Positions 11,195 to 21,425 of a stretch of DNA of 64,000 nucleotides are shown piece after piece. Positions within the stretch are counted from its first letter, which is position 1. Each line of letters begins with the position of its first letter. The position numbers and the translations under genes were made by a program. The notes under the pieces were generated by a model. It did no database searches and was not told where the DNA came from. It worked only from the letters and a program-made list of their open reading frames with translations. Location of the stretch: assembly GCA_000091205.1 (NCBI GenBank), contig AP006496.2; one strand, written 5' to 3'. Source of the DNA: Cyanidioschyzon merolae (Eukaryota).

Positions 11195-12091
11195 ATGCCG
11201 CTAGAAGAGCGCTTTTTTGGTTTCCACCCATGCAAACTCGTTGAACAAGTCGAAGACTGCGTGCGCGACCTCTTGGAAGACGCGCTGGACGGCCTCGAGA
11301 CGAGCCTATTCCGCGAGTGTGCGCTAGCGTTTGACGCTTTACAGGAGAACGCGGTTACCAGCGAGCACGAGCATGCGAAGCGCCTGCTGCTGCAGCAAGG
11401 TCTCATGCGTCTTCGAGATGCGCTCTTCACCGCATTTTACGACCAGATGGATCGCTTGCAAGTATACCTTTTGCGCAATGTTTTCCACATTCCGCCCGGT
11501 TTACGCATTCCCAATGTGAATACTTCCGAGGATCTTGTCGAGAACTGGGAGCAGGCACTCGGCATCGACCCTTCCAGTGTGCAGATCGATGCCAACGCAG
11601 AGGATGAGCATGCTGTTGATCAGGAGCTCGTCGCACTGCGCCAATCCCTTCGGGTTGCGCGGCAGCGTCTACAACGGCTGTGCAGAGAGCGATCCGTCCT
11701 GGAGGGCGCTTTTCATCGGCTGGAGGGTGCGCTGCAGTCGCGACTGGCTTCGACTTTGATACCAACGGAGCCGGAAGATCCGTCCGGTGACTGCGACGCG
11801 CTTGCAAAGCAGGTTGTAACCATCGCCCGCGCGGTCTCTGAGCTTGAGGCGGTTGTGCGCTCGTGCAGAGACCAATTCCTGGGGGATCGTTCCTCGGCGG
11901 CAAGCGGTGGCGCTCCGCCGTCCGGAACGGTACCCGCAGCTGCTGGCGGATCCGATGTTGGTGCACAGGGCGCACTGGTGCGTCCGCCGCTAGAGCTCGA
12001 GCGCATCTTCGATGCGCACACGAAAGCCACCCGAGTCGATAGTCTGGATGCAGTGGACGCGCTTCGTCGCGCCCTGCACCGCTCGTGCTGA
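11195..12091 (+). CDS. Mis12/Mtw1-like kinetochore protein (tentative)
   Basis: ORF 10883-12091. The Mis12-family N-terminal motif EERFFGFHPCKLVEQVEDCV (compare human MIS12 YEAQFFGFTPQTC) lies directly after the in-frame ATG at 11195. An alternative upstream ATG at 10952 would add about 80 aa of non-conserved sequence. Downstream is coiled-coil-like (LVALRQSLRVARQRLQRLCRERSVLEGAFHRLEGALQ). Confidence 0.4.
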   Translation: MPLEERFFGFHPCKLVEQVEDCVRDLLEDALDGLETSLFRECALAFDALQENAVTSEHEHAKRLLLQQGLMRLRDALFTAFYDQMDRLQVYLLRNVFHIPPGLRIPNVNTSEDLVENWEQALGIDPSSVQIDANAEDEHAVDQELVALRQSLRVARQRLQRLCRERSVLEGAFHRLEGALQSRLASTLIPTEPEDPSGDCDALAKQVVTIARAVSELEAVVRSCRDQFLGDRSSAASGGAPPSGTVPAAAGGSDVGAQGALVRPPLELERIFDAHTKATRVDSLDAVDALRRALHRSC

Positions 12092-12136
12092 GAACGAGAG
12101 AACGTGTTTCGAAGCCGTCGCTCGTGTGTGATGCGC

Positions 12137-15100
12137 TCAAGCCGCTGACAGGGTTTCCTCAGCGTCATCATCGCTCTGACTCGGATCGCTGTCGATGCGG
12201 AGCTGGCTACTCACTACCTCGCCATCCAGGTTCTTGTGGCGTAGTGTCCCCATCCAAAACGATGAAAGAGAGGCGTTTGCGCTTAGCATCTCCTTCACCC
12301 GGTAGAGGAAAAGCTCTAGGGCTCTTTTCAAGGGCGGCGTCAGCGCGATCAAACTCCGATCTCGTTGCTCTTTCGCAAAGACGCACACACGTTGGAGAAT
12401 TCTCGTGCTCTTTTGGAAGGCTGCACAGGCGCTCGCTATATCTGCCGCACAGACCTGAAAGTGCACGATCCACAACGGCACGAGGGAACGATTCAGGCTG
12501 TCGGCAAAGATTCGACCCAGGCGCATGCTCGCTCCGAGCGCGCGATGGTCCCTTCCACGAACAGCCTTGTCAAGCAGCGTCTTGAGCAACTGCGCAAATC
12601 GGCGAAAGAGCTTGAAATGGGCCGAGTCCAGCGGCGCCGTCACGCATACCGCTGCATTCGAGCGGGCAGCGCGCCGACCAGGTGCTTGTTGTTGTTGTTG
12701 TTGTTGTTGACACCAGATTCGAAAGCATCGCTCCAGTGCCTGGGCAACCAGTACGAATCGAGCAGGTCGAGCGTCCAAAAAGCACGAGATGCAACGCGGC
12801 CCCTGGTTCTGGCAAATGTGACGAGCCGGCATGTAGCGCTCCAAGGTGGCGAGCGCCCATTCGAACGTCGGTTCCGTTGCAGCCGTATCAACAGCTGCTT
12901 CAATGAGATGCAATGCGGCTTTGAGAACGGCTTCTGTGAAGCGTAGGTCTTCGAAAGCCTGACTGTACAAGTTTGACTCGAGCCATTGCTGCAATATTAC
13001 GGCTCTATCGAACGACACTCCTTCTAGCCTCATCATGATTGCCAGTAAAAGCAGTGAGGTCTCGTCATCACTCCAGTCCAGGGGTGATGTCTGCGTCAGG
13101 AACGCGTCACAGAAGAGCTCGGCATCAAGGCCGGACGCCGATTCGAGCACCCGCAGCACCTGGTGAAGAGTGTCGCGAGCCTTGCACGCTGGGGGCGCCT
13201 TTGCGATACGTATCAGGACTTTGAGGTTGGCGTCAATGACCGCAGCATCGCATCGGCGGACGTGTCGGAGCGTCCACAGTAGGATCTCTGGATCGGCGGC
13301 ATCAGCAGCGGTCTCGGCGAGCAGCCACGACAGCAGGGAGCCTGGTAGGCAGGGCTCCTGCGGCATCTCCAGGACGATCGGGAGAGCGTTTGCCGCAGCC
13401 TCCATCGCCAAGTGCTCTGCAGCTGTTTCCACTGCAATCAAATGCCTGATCCTCTCTACTAAATGCGATCGAGCGCCGTGCATATCCTGCTTTGCGAGCA
13501 CAGCGAAGAAATGCACTTGCGCCCCCAACCAGTTCGAAGCGATCGCGAGACTTTGCATTTGGTCTCGGAGCTGCGCACATGGAATCGAAGCGGTCGGCTT
13601 CGAGAATGGCGCCACCGGGAGTTGAACTGCTGCGCCCAGCAGCGGGCACAACTCCTTCTGAAACCAATGGCTTGTGTAGCCGTGTTGGCCAACACCAATG
13701 CACCATATCAAGCGTAGTAGAGGTACCAGAAGCACGAGATTTGCAAAGCCGTCCTTCTTCGAATGCACGAGATTTGCGACCGGAATCACGAGGTCCAGGG
13801 AGCCCTCCATGGCGAGGCCGAATCGCGCCTCTGATGGGATCGACGCTTCATGCGCTTCTGCGTCGCTCGATGGCATCCAGATGAATAGACTGGCAAACTG
13901 TTGCAATGTGTGTGTTAAAAGCCACAGAGCGGGCGCGGGTGCCCTGTGCAAATCTGACGAACTGCTGCTGGCAGCGGTACCCAGCGATGGCATCCAGGCT
14001 GCAGCGAGTTCTGCATATAGCTGCGCGGCTATCGCGGGGCGTCTCGCCGTGCACTGAAGCGCGAGTTCCAGCAAATCCTGGGCTTTGGAGTAGTCTGCCT
14101 CACGCTGGCTCCAGGTCTCGACGAGGATCGCTGTCGCCAGGCATCCGCAACGTTGATAGAGTGCGTCGGGGTGTGTCAGCAGCTTCCGAACCATCAGAGG
14201 CAAGAACGTTTCGAGGCGCTCCGGCGCTTCTATGGAAGCGCACGCATGCGTATTCACGGTGCGATGCATGAGCGCAAAGGTGCTATACATCAGGGTCAGA
14301 GGGAGCGCGCCGGGCGTCTTGAGTGCGCCTTGAATGTTGGCGCATGGCGAAGGAGCGCGCCCGAAATCATGTTGCCACGTGGACGGTGCCAGGCTCTCAC
14401 ATAGCTCTGCGAGTCCATGCACAAGCGGAGCGAATGGAGCCAGTTCTGCCGGCGTCTCCCGCGCGATACACACGAACGCATGCAGACTGAGAAGGCGGCA
14501 GTACTCTGATTCGCTGTGTGCAAGTTCCAGGAAACTCAACAGACAGTCTTGGCGGAGCGCGGGCACGGCCTTGAAGAACGCGGCTATGAGCTGAGCGAGC
14601 GTCTCAACATGACCAACAAGGGGTGCGTGCGCGGTCATTTTCGGTCCGGACCGGCAGATAAGATTCAATAGCTGAAGCAGTGCGGATCCATCGTGCGTAT
14701 GCAGAATGCTTCCCCAGCGAAGTATCGCTCTTCGACCTTGATCACCGCATAGGATGTATGCCGTCGCGGCTTCGAGAGGACACGGCATGCGATGCGTACC
14801 CGTCGCTGGCCTCGCCCGATGTGCTTTCATTTCGAAACTCTCTGGATTCGCCCGATACAAAGCCAGTAGCAGGAAAAGATCTGCCGGTTGAGGGGTAGCG
14901 TCGGCACTGGCCCCGTCGGTCCACTCTTGAAGCGCTCGACAGACAAGGCCGTAGGCGCTCTGAGAATACCAGGCAAGCATACGCTTGACGGCCTGTTGGC
15001 TGTGCTGAAGCGCGCACGCAACCGCACTGGTAACAATGACCGCATCATGCGATGTCGCTGTCTGCTGTTGATGCAGCTGCTGCCGCTCTGCTAGAAGATT

Positions 15101-16258
15101 TTCGCGAAGCGCCGCCATAATCGCATTTTCAGCGGATGTCTCAAGACAATCGACCTCGTTCCCAGTCAGCAGAGCGCTTTCCGCATCGGAGGTAGCGCCC
15201 AGGGACTCGAGCGCTCCTACCAGAAACTGCAACCCCATTGCCAGGCTCTCTGGGCTGTACAAACCAGGGACGATGCTCAGGATCTCGCTGAGCAACGATT
15301 TGCGCACAGCACGTCTGGCTGTCGCCGTTTGCAGAGCGTTTGCTGTATCTACAACCGTATTCATGAGGCGCACGTTGCATTTTTCTCCTCGAGCAGCTCC
15401 CTGCAAGAGACCTGGAAGCGAGTTGGCCAAAGCGAGCTCGTGGCGCTCTGCGTCAAACGATTGCTGCACCAGCTCTGGCAGTATCTCGAGGAGCGTCATT
15501 TGTAAATCGGGCGACACGATGCCAAGCGCGCCCAGAATACTTTCGATCAATGCGCCCAAGCCGCCAGATTCTTCCGCAGCGCTCTGGTGCGCAATGACTC
15601 TTTCGCTGCCGAGCTGCATGGGTAGGATATGCGACAGCGACAGGTCAGAGTTCAACCATCGCAACGCAGACGCACAGCTCAGCGCTAGCGTCGACTTGGC
15701 GGCTTCGCTCGGATCCACGGACGAGGAGCCCAGGTCTCGCTCCAGCGCTTCCTGCAGCAGTGCGCGAGCTGCTCCGAGACGAAGTCCTCGAATCCGCAAC
15801 AGCAGACAGCTGAAACTGACGCCAGTTGACCTGAGCTCGAGCTCGCACCGCTTCGCGTCAAGGGATACGACCGTTGATGCGCGATCATCAGACGCCGGAA
15901 ACTGCAGCTCGGCAATGGGTGTCAGCGAGCGCGTTAGTGCTGCGTCGTCCGTTTTCCATGCCTTTTCGATAGCATCAACCAGTCTGGAAGCTCGACAAGC
16001 AGTTTCCTCTTGAGCTGTTGAGGTTTGCGGGTCGGACTCACCGGGTGCTTCAATTTCGGCCGTCAGCGCGGTGCAGAGTCGCTCCAGCGCAGCCACGGAC
16101 TCCACAACATAACACGTCTCGTGTAAGCCCCCACGCCCAGGCCAGTGAAGCAGCCGAAGCCCAACCTGGTTTAACTTGACCACCAAGGTAGCCGGAAGAT
16201 AGCAGACCAGTGGGTCTTGCGACTCGTCAAGTGGTAGGATACGCGCGTTAGGTTCCAT
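12137..16258 (-). CDS. FANCD2: Fanconi anaemia group D2 protein (FANCD2) orthologue
   Basis: About 1370-aa helical-repeat protein. The C-terminal segment LELFLYRVKEMLSANASLSSFWMGTLRHKNLDGEVVSSQ...SDDDAEE aligns with human FANCD2 [39 protein letters not shown]...acidic tail (recalled sequence; alignment by eye). Start taken at the in-frame ATG at 16256-16258 (MEPNARILPLD...). The track ORF extends to 16414 through a C/R-rich palindromic non-coding-looking leader. Confidence 0.65.
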   Translation of the reverse strand: MEPNARILPLDESQDPLVCYLPATLVVKLNQVGLRLLHWPGRGGLHETCYVVESVAALERLCTALTAEIEAPGESDPQTSTAQEETACRASRLVDAIEKAWKTDDAALTRSLTPIAELQFPASDDRASTVVSLDAKRCELELRSTGVSFSCLLLRIRGLRLGAARALLQEALERDLGSSSVDPSEAAKSTLALSCASALRWLNSDLSLSHILPMQLGSERVIAHQSAAEESGGLGALIESILGALGIVSPDLQMTLLEILPELVQQSFDAERHELALANSLPGLLQGAARGEKCNVRLMNTVVDTANALQTATARRAVRKSLLSEILSIVPGLYSPESLAMGLQFLVGALESLGATSDAESALLTGNEVDCLETSAENAIMAALRENLLAERQQLHQQQTATSHDAVIVTSAVACALQHSQQAVKRMLAWYSQSAYGLVCRALQEWTDGASADATPQPADLFLLLALYRANPESFEMKAHRARPATGTHRMPCPLEAATAYILCGDQGRRAILRWGSILHTHDGSALLQLLNLICRSGPKMTAHAPLVGHVETLAQLIAAFFKAVPALRQDCLLSFLELAHSESEYCRLLSLHAFVCIARETPAELAPFAPLVHGLAELCESLAPSTWQHDFGRAPSPCANIQGALKTPGALPLTLMYSTFALMHRTVNTHACASIEAPERLETFLPLMVRKLLTHPDALYQRCGCLATAILVETWSQREADYSKAQDLLELALQCTARRPAIAAQLYAELAAAWMPSLGTAASSSSSDLHRAPAPALWLLTHTLQQFASLFIWMPSSDAEAHEASIPSEARFGLAMEGSLDLVIPVANLVHSKKDGFANLVLLVPLLRLIWCIGVGQHGYTSHWFQKELCPLLGAAVQLPVAPFSKPTASIPCAQLRDQMQSLAIASNWLGAQVHFFAVLAKQDMHGARSHLVERIRHLIAVETAAEHLAMEAAANALPIVLEMPQEPCLPGSLLSWLLAETAADAADPEILLWTLRHVRRCDAAVIDANLKVLIRIAKAPPACKARDTLHQVLRVLESASGLDAELFCDAFLTQTSPLDWSDDETSLLLLAIMMRLEGVSFDRAVILQQWLESNLYSQAFEDLRFTEAVLKAALHLIEAAVDTAATEPTFEWALATLERYMPARHICQNQGPRCISCFLDARPARFVLVAQALERCFRIWCQQQQQQQQAPGRRAARSNAAVCVTAPLDSAHFKLFRRFAQLLKTLLDKAVRGRDHRALGASMRLGRIFADSLNRSLVPLWIVHFQVCAADIASACAAFQKSTRILQRVCVFAKEQRDRSLIALTPPLKRALELFLYRVKEMLSANASLSSFWMGTLRHKNLDGEVVSSQLRIDSDPSQSDDDAEETLSAA

Positions 16259-16376
16259 GCAAGTGCTGTTGCGACGCTCCCGTACGCAACAACGGCAATT
16301 GCAATGAACGTGTTCGCGCGCCGCAGTTCGACGATCGATCGCGCTGCGGCAATGCGTGCGTGCAATGCGTGCGTGC

Positions 16377-16395
16377 ATGCGTGCATTGCACGCAT
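16377..16395. promoter_or_regulatory. Near-perfect palindrome atgcgtgca-t-tgcacgcat inside a GCATGC/GCGTGC-rich block about 120-160 bp upstream of the FANCD2 ATG
   Basis: 9-bp arms with a 1-nt spacer read directly from the sequence. Flanked by the direct repeats gcaatgcgtgcgtgcaatgcgtgcgtgcatgcgtgc. Confidence 0.3.
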
Positions 16396-17982
16396 CGAAC
16401 TGGAGAGCACGCATGCGTTCAGTTTCAGTAAGCGGCTCCCGGTAGGCTGCGGTAACTGCTCAGTTTCTTTTTGGAGTATACGGTCGGTGCAAGGAACCCG
16501 GGGATCTCCGATTGCGTGATGGTTATTGGCATGGGAGGCGGCGTCCATCACGTCGCACCAGAATTTCAAGGCGCGCCAGTGATACTGCATTCTTTCCTTT
16601 CCAGATCACGGTTCGTGCAAATGCTATTTGGTATGCCGCGCCTAGCGTGGGCGCTCGCTTCGACACCCCTACAGCTCAGTGGGTTGATGTGCTCGCTGCA
16701 CTGGCGCTGCATGCAGTGCGTACGGCGACCGCACAGCCGAACCAACTCGGGCGTCATTGACTTGCCACGCACGACCAGCGAAGCGTTTTCCAGGCGACGG
16801 TGCCCTTTGCTTCTCACGGTTGACCGATGAATCTGAACCTGATGTGCAAAGACGAGTTGGCGATGCCGCTCTCGTGCCAGACGGATTCCGTACAAGCGGA
16901 TGCTCTGGATCAGGGGGAAACGCTGCTTTAAGGTCTGGCGTTGACGTTTCTGTCGGACTGACCGGTCTGATTGCGTGCGACGTTGCGGACAGGTGAGCCA
17001 GGTCGCTGCGTTCTCTACCAGTGAGCTTCTGTGGTGGCAAAGTGGCGCCCGCCCTGCCCTGTTCCCGAACTCTCTCGACTCCCATGAACCGAGCACAACC
17101 TTCAGTCGTAGCGCATCGCTGTCCAGTGGCGCCTTGATGCCATCGCTGGCCAATGAACGCCATATCTGAAAGCACGTATGGGAGGCAGCTGGCCGAAATC
17201 GGAGGTAAGATAAAAAATGATACACGCTCCCATGGGTGTTGGTATCAGCTGCGCAATCGAGGATCTCTGGTAACTCTACATGCCCTGCGGATCGGAAGGA
17301 TCGCACGACGTTCATGGACCAGTGCGTCCGGCACGGGCACTGGTGCGCTTCCGCTCAGGGAGACAAACCACGAGCTTTTCGAGTACGTCGCACGGACGCC
17401 GCGGGTCGCTGTCTCTCCAGTTCAAGAGAGGAAACCTCAAAGGCTGCGCACTCGGAACCGTTGTTTGATCTGCTGTTCGTCGTGTGCTGGCCAAGGTTGC
17501 CTGGAACGAGCACCTTTACTCGAAAGCAGGTTCGTAACTCAAACACTGAAACTAAACCCGCGCCTCCGTCCCCTGCTCCGGAAGTTTTGGAGCCACTGGC
17601 GCAACGCTTTCCACTTCATTGTGAAGATTTTGTCAACAGGGAACGGAGGTTGCTCGTGAAAGCGATGTACTCCTGGTTACAAGCGCGCCGACAGCCGCCG
17701 CCGCCCCCTTGCGTGCACCCCAGTACACCGTGTTTCGTTGCCGCGTGGCGTCCGCTCGTGGCGGGCCTGACCACTTGTGGCGCACTAGTTCCGATATCAC
17801 GAGCTAGAACCACAGTGCGATCGCATCCGAACCGACAGCTTCGGTTAGGAGCGGTCCGGTGCGTTCGCTGTGCGAGTGACCAGGCGGATGACTCGTCGGC
17901 CCCGCTTGATCCTGCGAAACCGGATATGCAGACGAACCCGCGCTATTTCACGCGTCCCAACCGGGTTTCTACTCGACAGCGG

Positions 17983-18351
17983 ATGTTCGAGCGCAATCAG
18001 AACAATGTCTCTCGCCAGCGGAGACGAAGAGCGCTCCAAGCAATACTTTGCGGCCAAGTGATTGCCGAGACCTACGACTACGTTTTTACGGATGGTCGGT
18101 ATTATTTTCCGCCTGGTTCCGTCAATGATACTTTCCTCATCGAGACCGAGGAGACGCGAATGATGAACCCTATTGGCAGGGCCCGAATGATGGACATTCG
18201 AGTGGGCCATGTGCGAATTCGCCGAGCAGCATGGCGCTTCTTCGAGGTGCGACGTAGTGACGGCGGTGTTTGGACCACCCTCCAGAACTATACCGCCTTT
18301 TGGAAGAGCGTCCGACTTCGCTTTGCTCCACGGAACAACGCTGGTGATTAG
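17983..18351 (+). CDS. DUF427-domain protein (small, about 122 aa)
   Basis: C-terminal 120 aa of track ORF 17236-18351 match DUF427 hallmarks: ILCGQVIAETYDYVFTDGRYYFPPGSV (G.viAdS...E....YYFP..DV) and ...AAWRFFEV...TAFW. In-frame ATG at 17983. The upstream 250 aa of the ORF are R/P-rich and non-protein-like. Confidence 0.4.
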   Translation: MFERNQNNVSRQRRRRALQAILCGQVIAETYDYVFTDGRYYFPPGSVNDTFLIETEETRMMNPIGRARMMDIRVGHVRIRRAAWRFFEVRRSDGGVWTTLQNYTAFWKSVRLRFAPRNNAGD

Positions 18352-18934
18352 CTGAGTGCACGTCATCGCCCAGGACGAATCGTCTACCGTGCAATCTCGG
18401 AAGCAGAGCCGGCGCTAAAAGCGCCAGCGCGCGAACCGTGGACTCGTCACATGCTGGAAACGCGGGAAATTGTGGACCACGCTTGTCTCTATGGTGGAAC
18501 ACGTTGGATACGCGTGCATGATGGGACCATTCGCACATGCTTTCGGCGAGTGCACGGCAGGGCGCGGGTGACGTTCAATGCGATCTGAACGCCACCAACG
18601 ACAGCATCCAAAGCGCTTCCTTGAGCGAAAACGCCGACACTGACTTGAGCCTCGATCGGATGACGCGTTTGGTGAGGGATGTCGAAGCGCGAGCGAACGA
18701 GCGACTTGGACACCGCCGTGGCAACGTATGTTGCCGGTGACTGAACCCCCCAAGCTTGTGGCGAGCAGTACACGCGCTTTCTCCCCGATGAGTGTGATCT
18801 GTGAGCCAGATGGGATTTCCGGATCCCTGGTTGTCGAATAGGCATGTCGTGTGCGAGGTGGTACTCGGCGCACGCCACATGCGCTTCGACAGCAGCCTGC
18901 CTCAGACAGAGATGCTTCGCGCAATGCTTGACTT

Positions 18935-20185
18935 CACCCATGCAAGAGTACGAGTAGGGAGTTCATGGAATACGGGCGTATAGTCTAAAATTTAAATCTC
19001 TTCGAGCAGTCATCAACATCAACCTTTTGAGGGTTTTTCGCAGTGGCTGCTTCCTCTTCATCATTCTCATTTGTGGCTTTACGTACACCGGACTCTGCTT
19101 TCCCACTGGCGCCGTCATTCGCTTTCGCGGGATGTTGATGGTTGCGTTGCATTCCCGATACCGCCGATTCCGGCTGTTGTCGACGCCTCTGATACGTAGA
19201 CGGAAGTTGCGATCTACACTTCGCTTTCCATGTCGATCTTCTTTGGATACAGCCTTAGTGGGCCCTCCGCAGTGATGACACCTGGGTGTTGTCAACTGTT
19301 GCTGTAGGTGCATTGCATATCGCCCTCCGAGTGCTACCCTGTGGCGCTTGAAAGCTTGTTTGACCACTCAGTACATATCCTTGACGGGTACAGATGAGCC
19401 CATACAAATGACCTCCTTCGTTTCAGCGCCCGCTGCCGTACCCCTCGATCACGGACCTGTTCTGGGCGATCCCCTGGTCAAGTACTCTGCCGGCAGCATG
19501 CCCATGCGTATGCTGCTCCATTCGATACGGGATGTGTCATACGCGATATTGTCCATAGTGAAACAAGTACCGGGAGGAGAATCTAGTCCTGGGAGGATTT
19601 CGAGAAATTTCGATCAGTTCGCGCTCCTTTCATGCCACTCGGTGGCATACAGTTCACTGGACGCGATCGCTGCGATGACTAGAGTCCGAGTCCAAGACCC
19701 GCTTTCATGCATACAGAAGTGACGCGAGCCGCTGCGAGCGCACCCATGACAGGTACCATGGTGCTGTGGAGTGCCGTTTCGTTCATAGTTACGAAGAGAG
19801 AGAATGATTTGTCTTCCGAACGGCTTCGATTGTTTGACATGACAAGTTCAGTGAACGTTTGGCATGAGCATCCAAAGCGGCCATCAACGTAAGACGTTGA
19901 GTCTCTTTAATCGTCAATCCGGCCGATCGAAACGGTGCGCCAACGAGCTGCGTTTTAACGGAGAGATCGTGGATTTGAAGCATGCTTGCGCTATGCGTAC
20001 GCCAAACATAAGGAAATGAGAAGCATGCAGGCTTACGCGAATGAATTGGATAATGGTATTCGCTATTTCACGGGAGCTTGTTGGTCGGCATCGCGAAGCG
20101 TCATGATTCCGGTATCGTGACCACGTCCAGTGACAAGGCGTCGTTGGGGTCATTGCGGTACGATGGCCAAGCATCCTAAACCTGC
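18935..20185 (-). mobile_element. Family-2 compact TnpB-like (IS605-OrfB/Fanzor2-like) element, decayed copy E, about 1.25 kb
   Basis: Collinear nucleotide homology over the whole length, aligned by eye, to copies at 33935-35130, 40670-41950, 50878-52150 and 58390-59580. Shared 5-prime terminus (aggtttaggatgc... versus ...ttagggatgcatacg) and shared 3-prime tail (aaattttagactatacgcccg versus aaactttgcatagagtactg / aaactttagtgtataccccg). Coding remnants are split over three frames (track ORFs 19914-20174, 19789-19983, 18963-19367, all minus). Confidence 0.55.
18963..19367 (-). pseudogene. TnpB-like C-terminal remnant of copy E: zinc-ribbon plus RuvC-III-like motif, catalytic Asp lost
   Basis: The 134-aa ORF contains LTTPRCHHCGG (compare TnpB TSQxCSxCG), then SVDRNFRL-RIRG (a degenerate second CxxCG), then NRRYRECNATINIPRK. 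That last segment aligns with TnpB DRDxNAAxNI and with [12 protein letters not shown] of the family-1 Fanzor copy in this window. Confidence 0.5.
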
Positions 20186-20552
20186 TTACGTAACCTTTAG
20201 CCTTTATTGCTGTACTTCGAATCTAGATACTGTACAGCTAGAAAAACTCAAAAAAAGACCACAGGCTGGAACAGATCGTCCACTCTAGTCCTCAGTTTCA
20301 TCTGACACGGGTAGAGTGAAAATCCCATATTCACGTTCGTGCTCACGTCCTAGTCGTCTGGCTGCCGCCAGCTCCGACGCAATCCAAGAGTTGACCTCAC
20401 AAACCTTGCAGAGAAACCGCGTAAGGATCGCGGGCAGAGGAGGACGACCGCTCCCCTGCTGTCGCACGCCGTCGCGGCGTGCTCGCGCCTCGCGTCTCGT
20501 CTGTAAGCGTACTCGTTCTTACAGTGACCGACTCCGTCGAGCATCTGCCAGT

Positions 20553-20744
20553 TTAAGAGTCCGCGGAGCCACTAGTTTGCGGCCTGGAAAACACGGTCTC
20601 CGAGTCTGGCGTGCCTGCTCGAGGTCGCGGCCCCATGTTGCGGGCAAAGTTCGCGAGAAGGAAGACGGCGCCTCCGATCCCAAAGGCTGCAAGGGAGCCG
20701 CTCGTCAAGTAGAACAGCCCATCCACTATCCTGTGTGTACTCAT
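20553..20744 (-). CDS. Possible small single-pass membrane protein (63 aa)
   Basis: ORF MSTHRIVDGLFYLTSGSLAAFGIGGAVFLLANFARNMG... has one clear hydrophobic helix. No family assignment. It lies just beyond the 5-prime end of copy E. Confidence 0.2.
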   Translation of the reverse strand: MSTHRIVDGLFYLTSGSLAAFGIGGAVFLLANFARNMGPRPRAGTPDSETVFSRPQTSGSADS

Positions 20745-21425
20745 TTTCCAAAGTATGTGAAGTTTTCCGTTGGTATTTGCAAAGTTCTGGGCAGCAGCAG
20801 CAGCAGCAGCAGCAGCAGAATCACGTGCTCACATCCCGATGACCACAAGGAATCGGTCGGCAGTGCTTCCGTCGATGTATCCGGACTCTGCTGACCAGTG
20901 ATGCGCCGCTTTGGATCGTACCGAATGCATGAGACTGCTTTATGCAAATTCTACGCAAAAGATTCATGATTGTACAGATTAGTAGTGGTGCGCCTCTGCG
21001 TTCGGCGAAGGTGCTAGTCACGTCGATGGTGTCATGGTGCAGCAATGGTGCGATCTTTGATCCTATCCATCTCTATATGATAGTATTCAATGATATTCAA
21101 AATGGACCTTCGATCCATTCTACCGTCGCGTTTCCGCGGCGCCTCGTCCATGGGCTTCAACGATGCCGCGCCTGCCTCGGCGATTCGCTCGTACGAGACA
21201 TCTCCGCGAACCCGGTACTTTCTCTATTGAGCTGTGTGTGCCAGACTAGTTCTTAGTGCACTCTTTTTTGCTGTGTATTCATTGTCGTCGGAACCAAGAT
21301 CAGGAATGACCGTGCTGGCTTTCCGAAATTGCTTACCACGCACGCCCTGAGTGCTCGCCCGCGTGGAACAAGCTCGATTTTTTCTGGGGCAAGGCACTCG
21401 TGAGGCCGCTGTTCAGTTGCTTGAG

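Noticed and set aside
17236-17982. The N-terminal 250 aa of track ORF 17236-18351, and the extra N-terminal residues of ORFs beginning 16414, 21351, 24483, 33622 and 38811.
   Set aside because: The track's initial M is GTG/TTG/other in these cases (checked at 21351 gtg, 24483 ttg, 33622 gtg, 38811 gtg, 37218 gtg, 56218 gtg). The upstream extensions are low-complexity and non-conserved. Starts were moved to the first in-frame ATG.
20316-20894. 192-aa plus-strand ORF rich in Arg/Ser (MKIPYSRSCSRPSRLAAASS...).
   Set aside because: Composition typical of an out-of-frame or non-coding GC-rich read. Contains a (CAG)n microsatellite. No domain.
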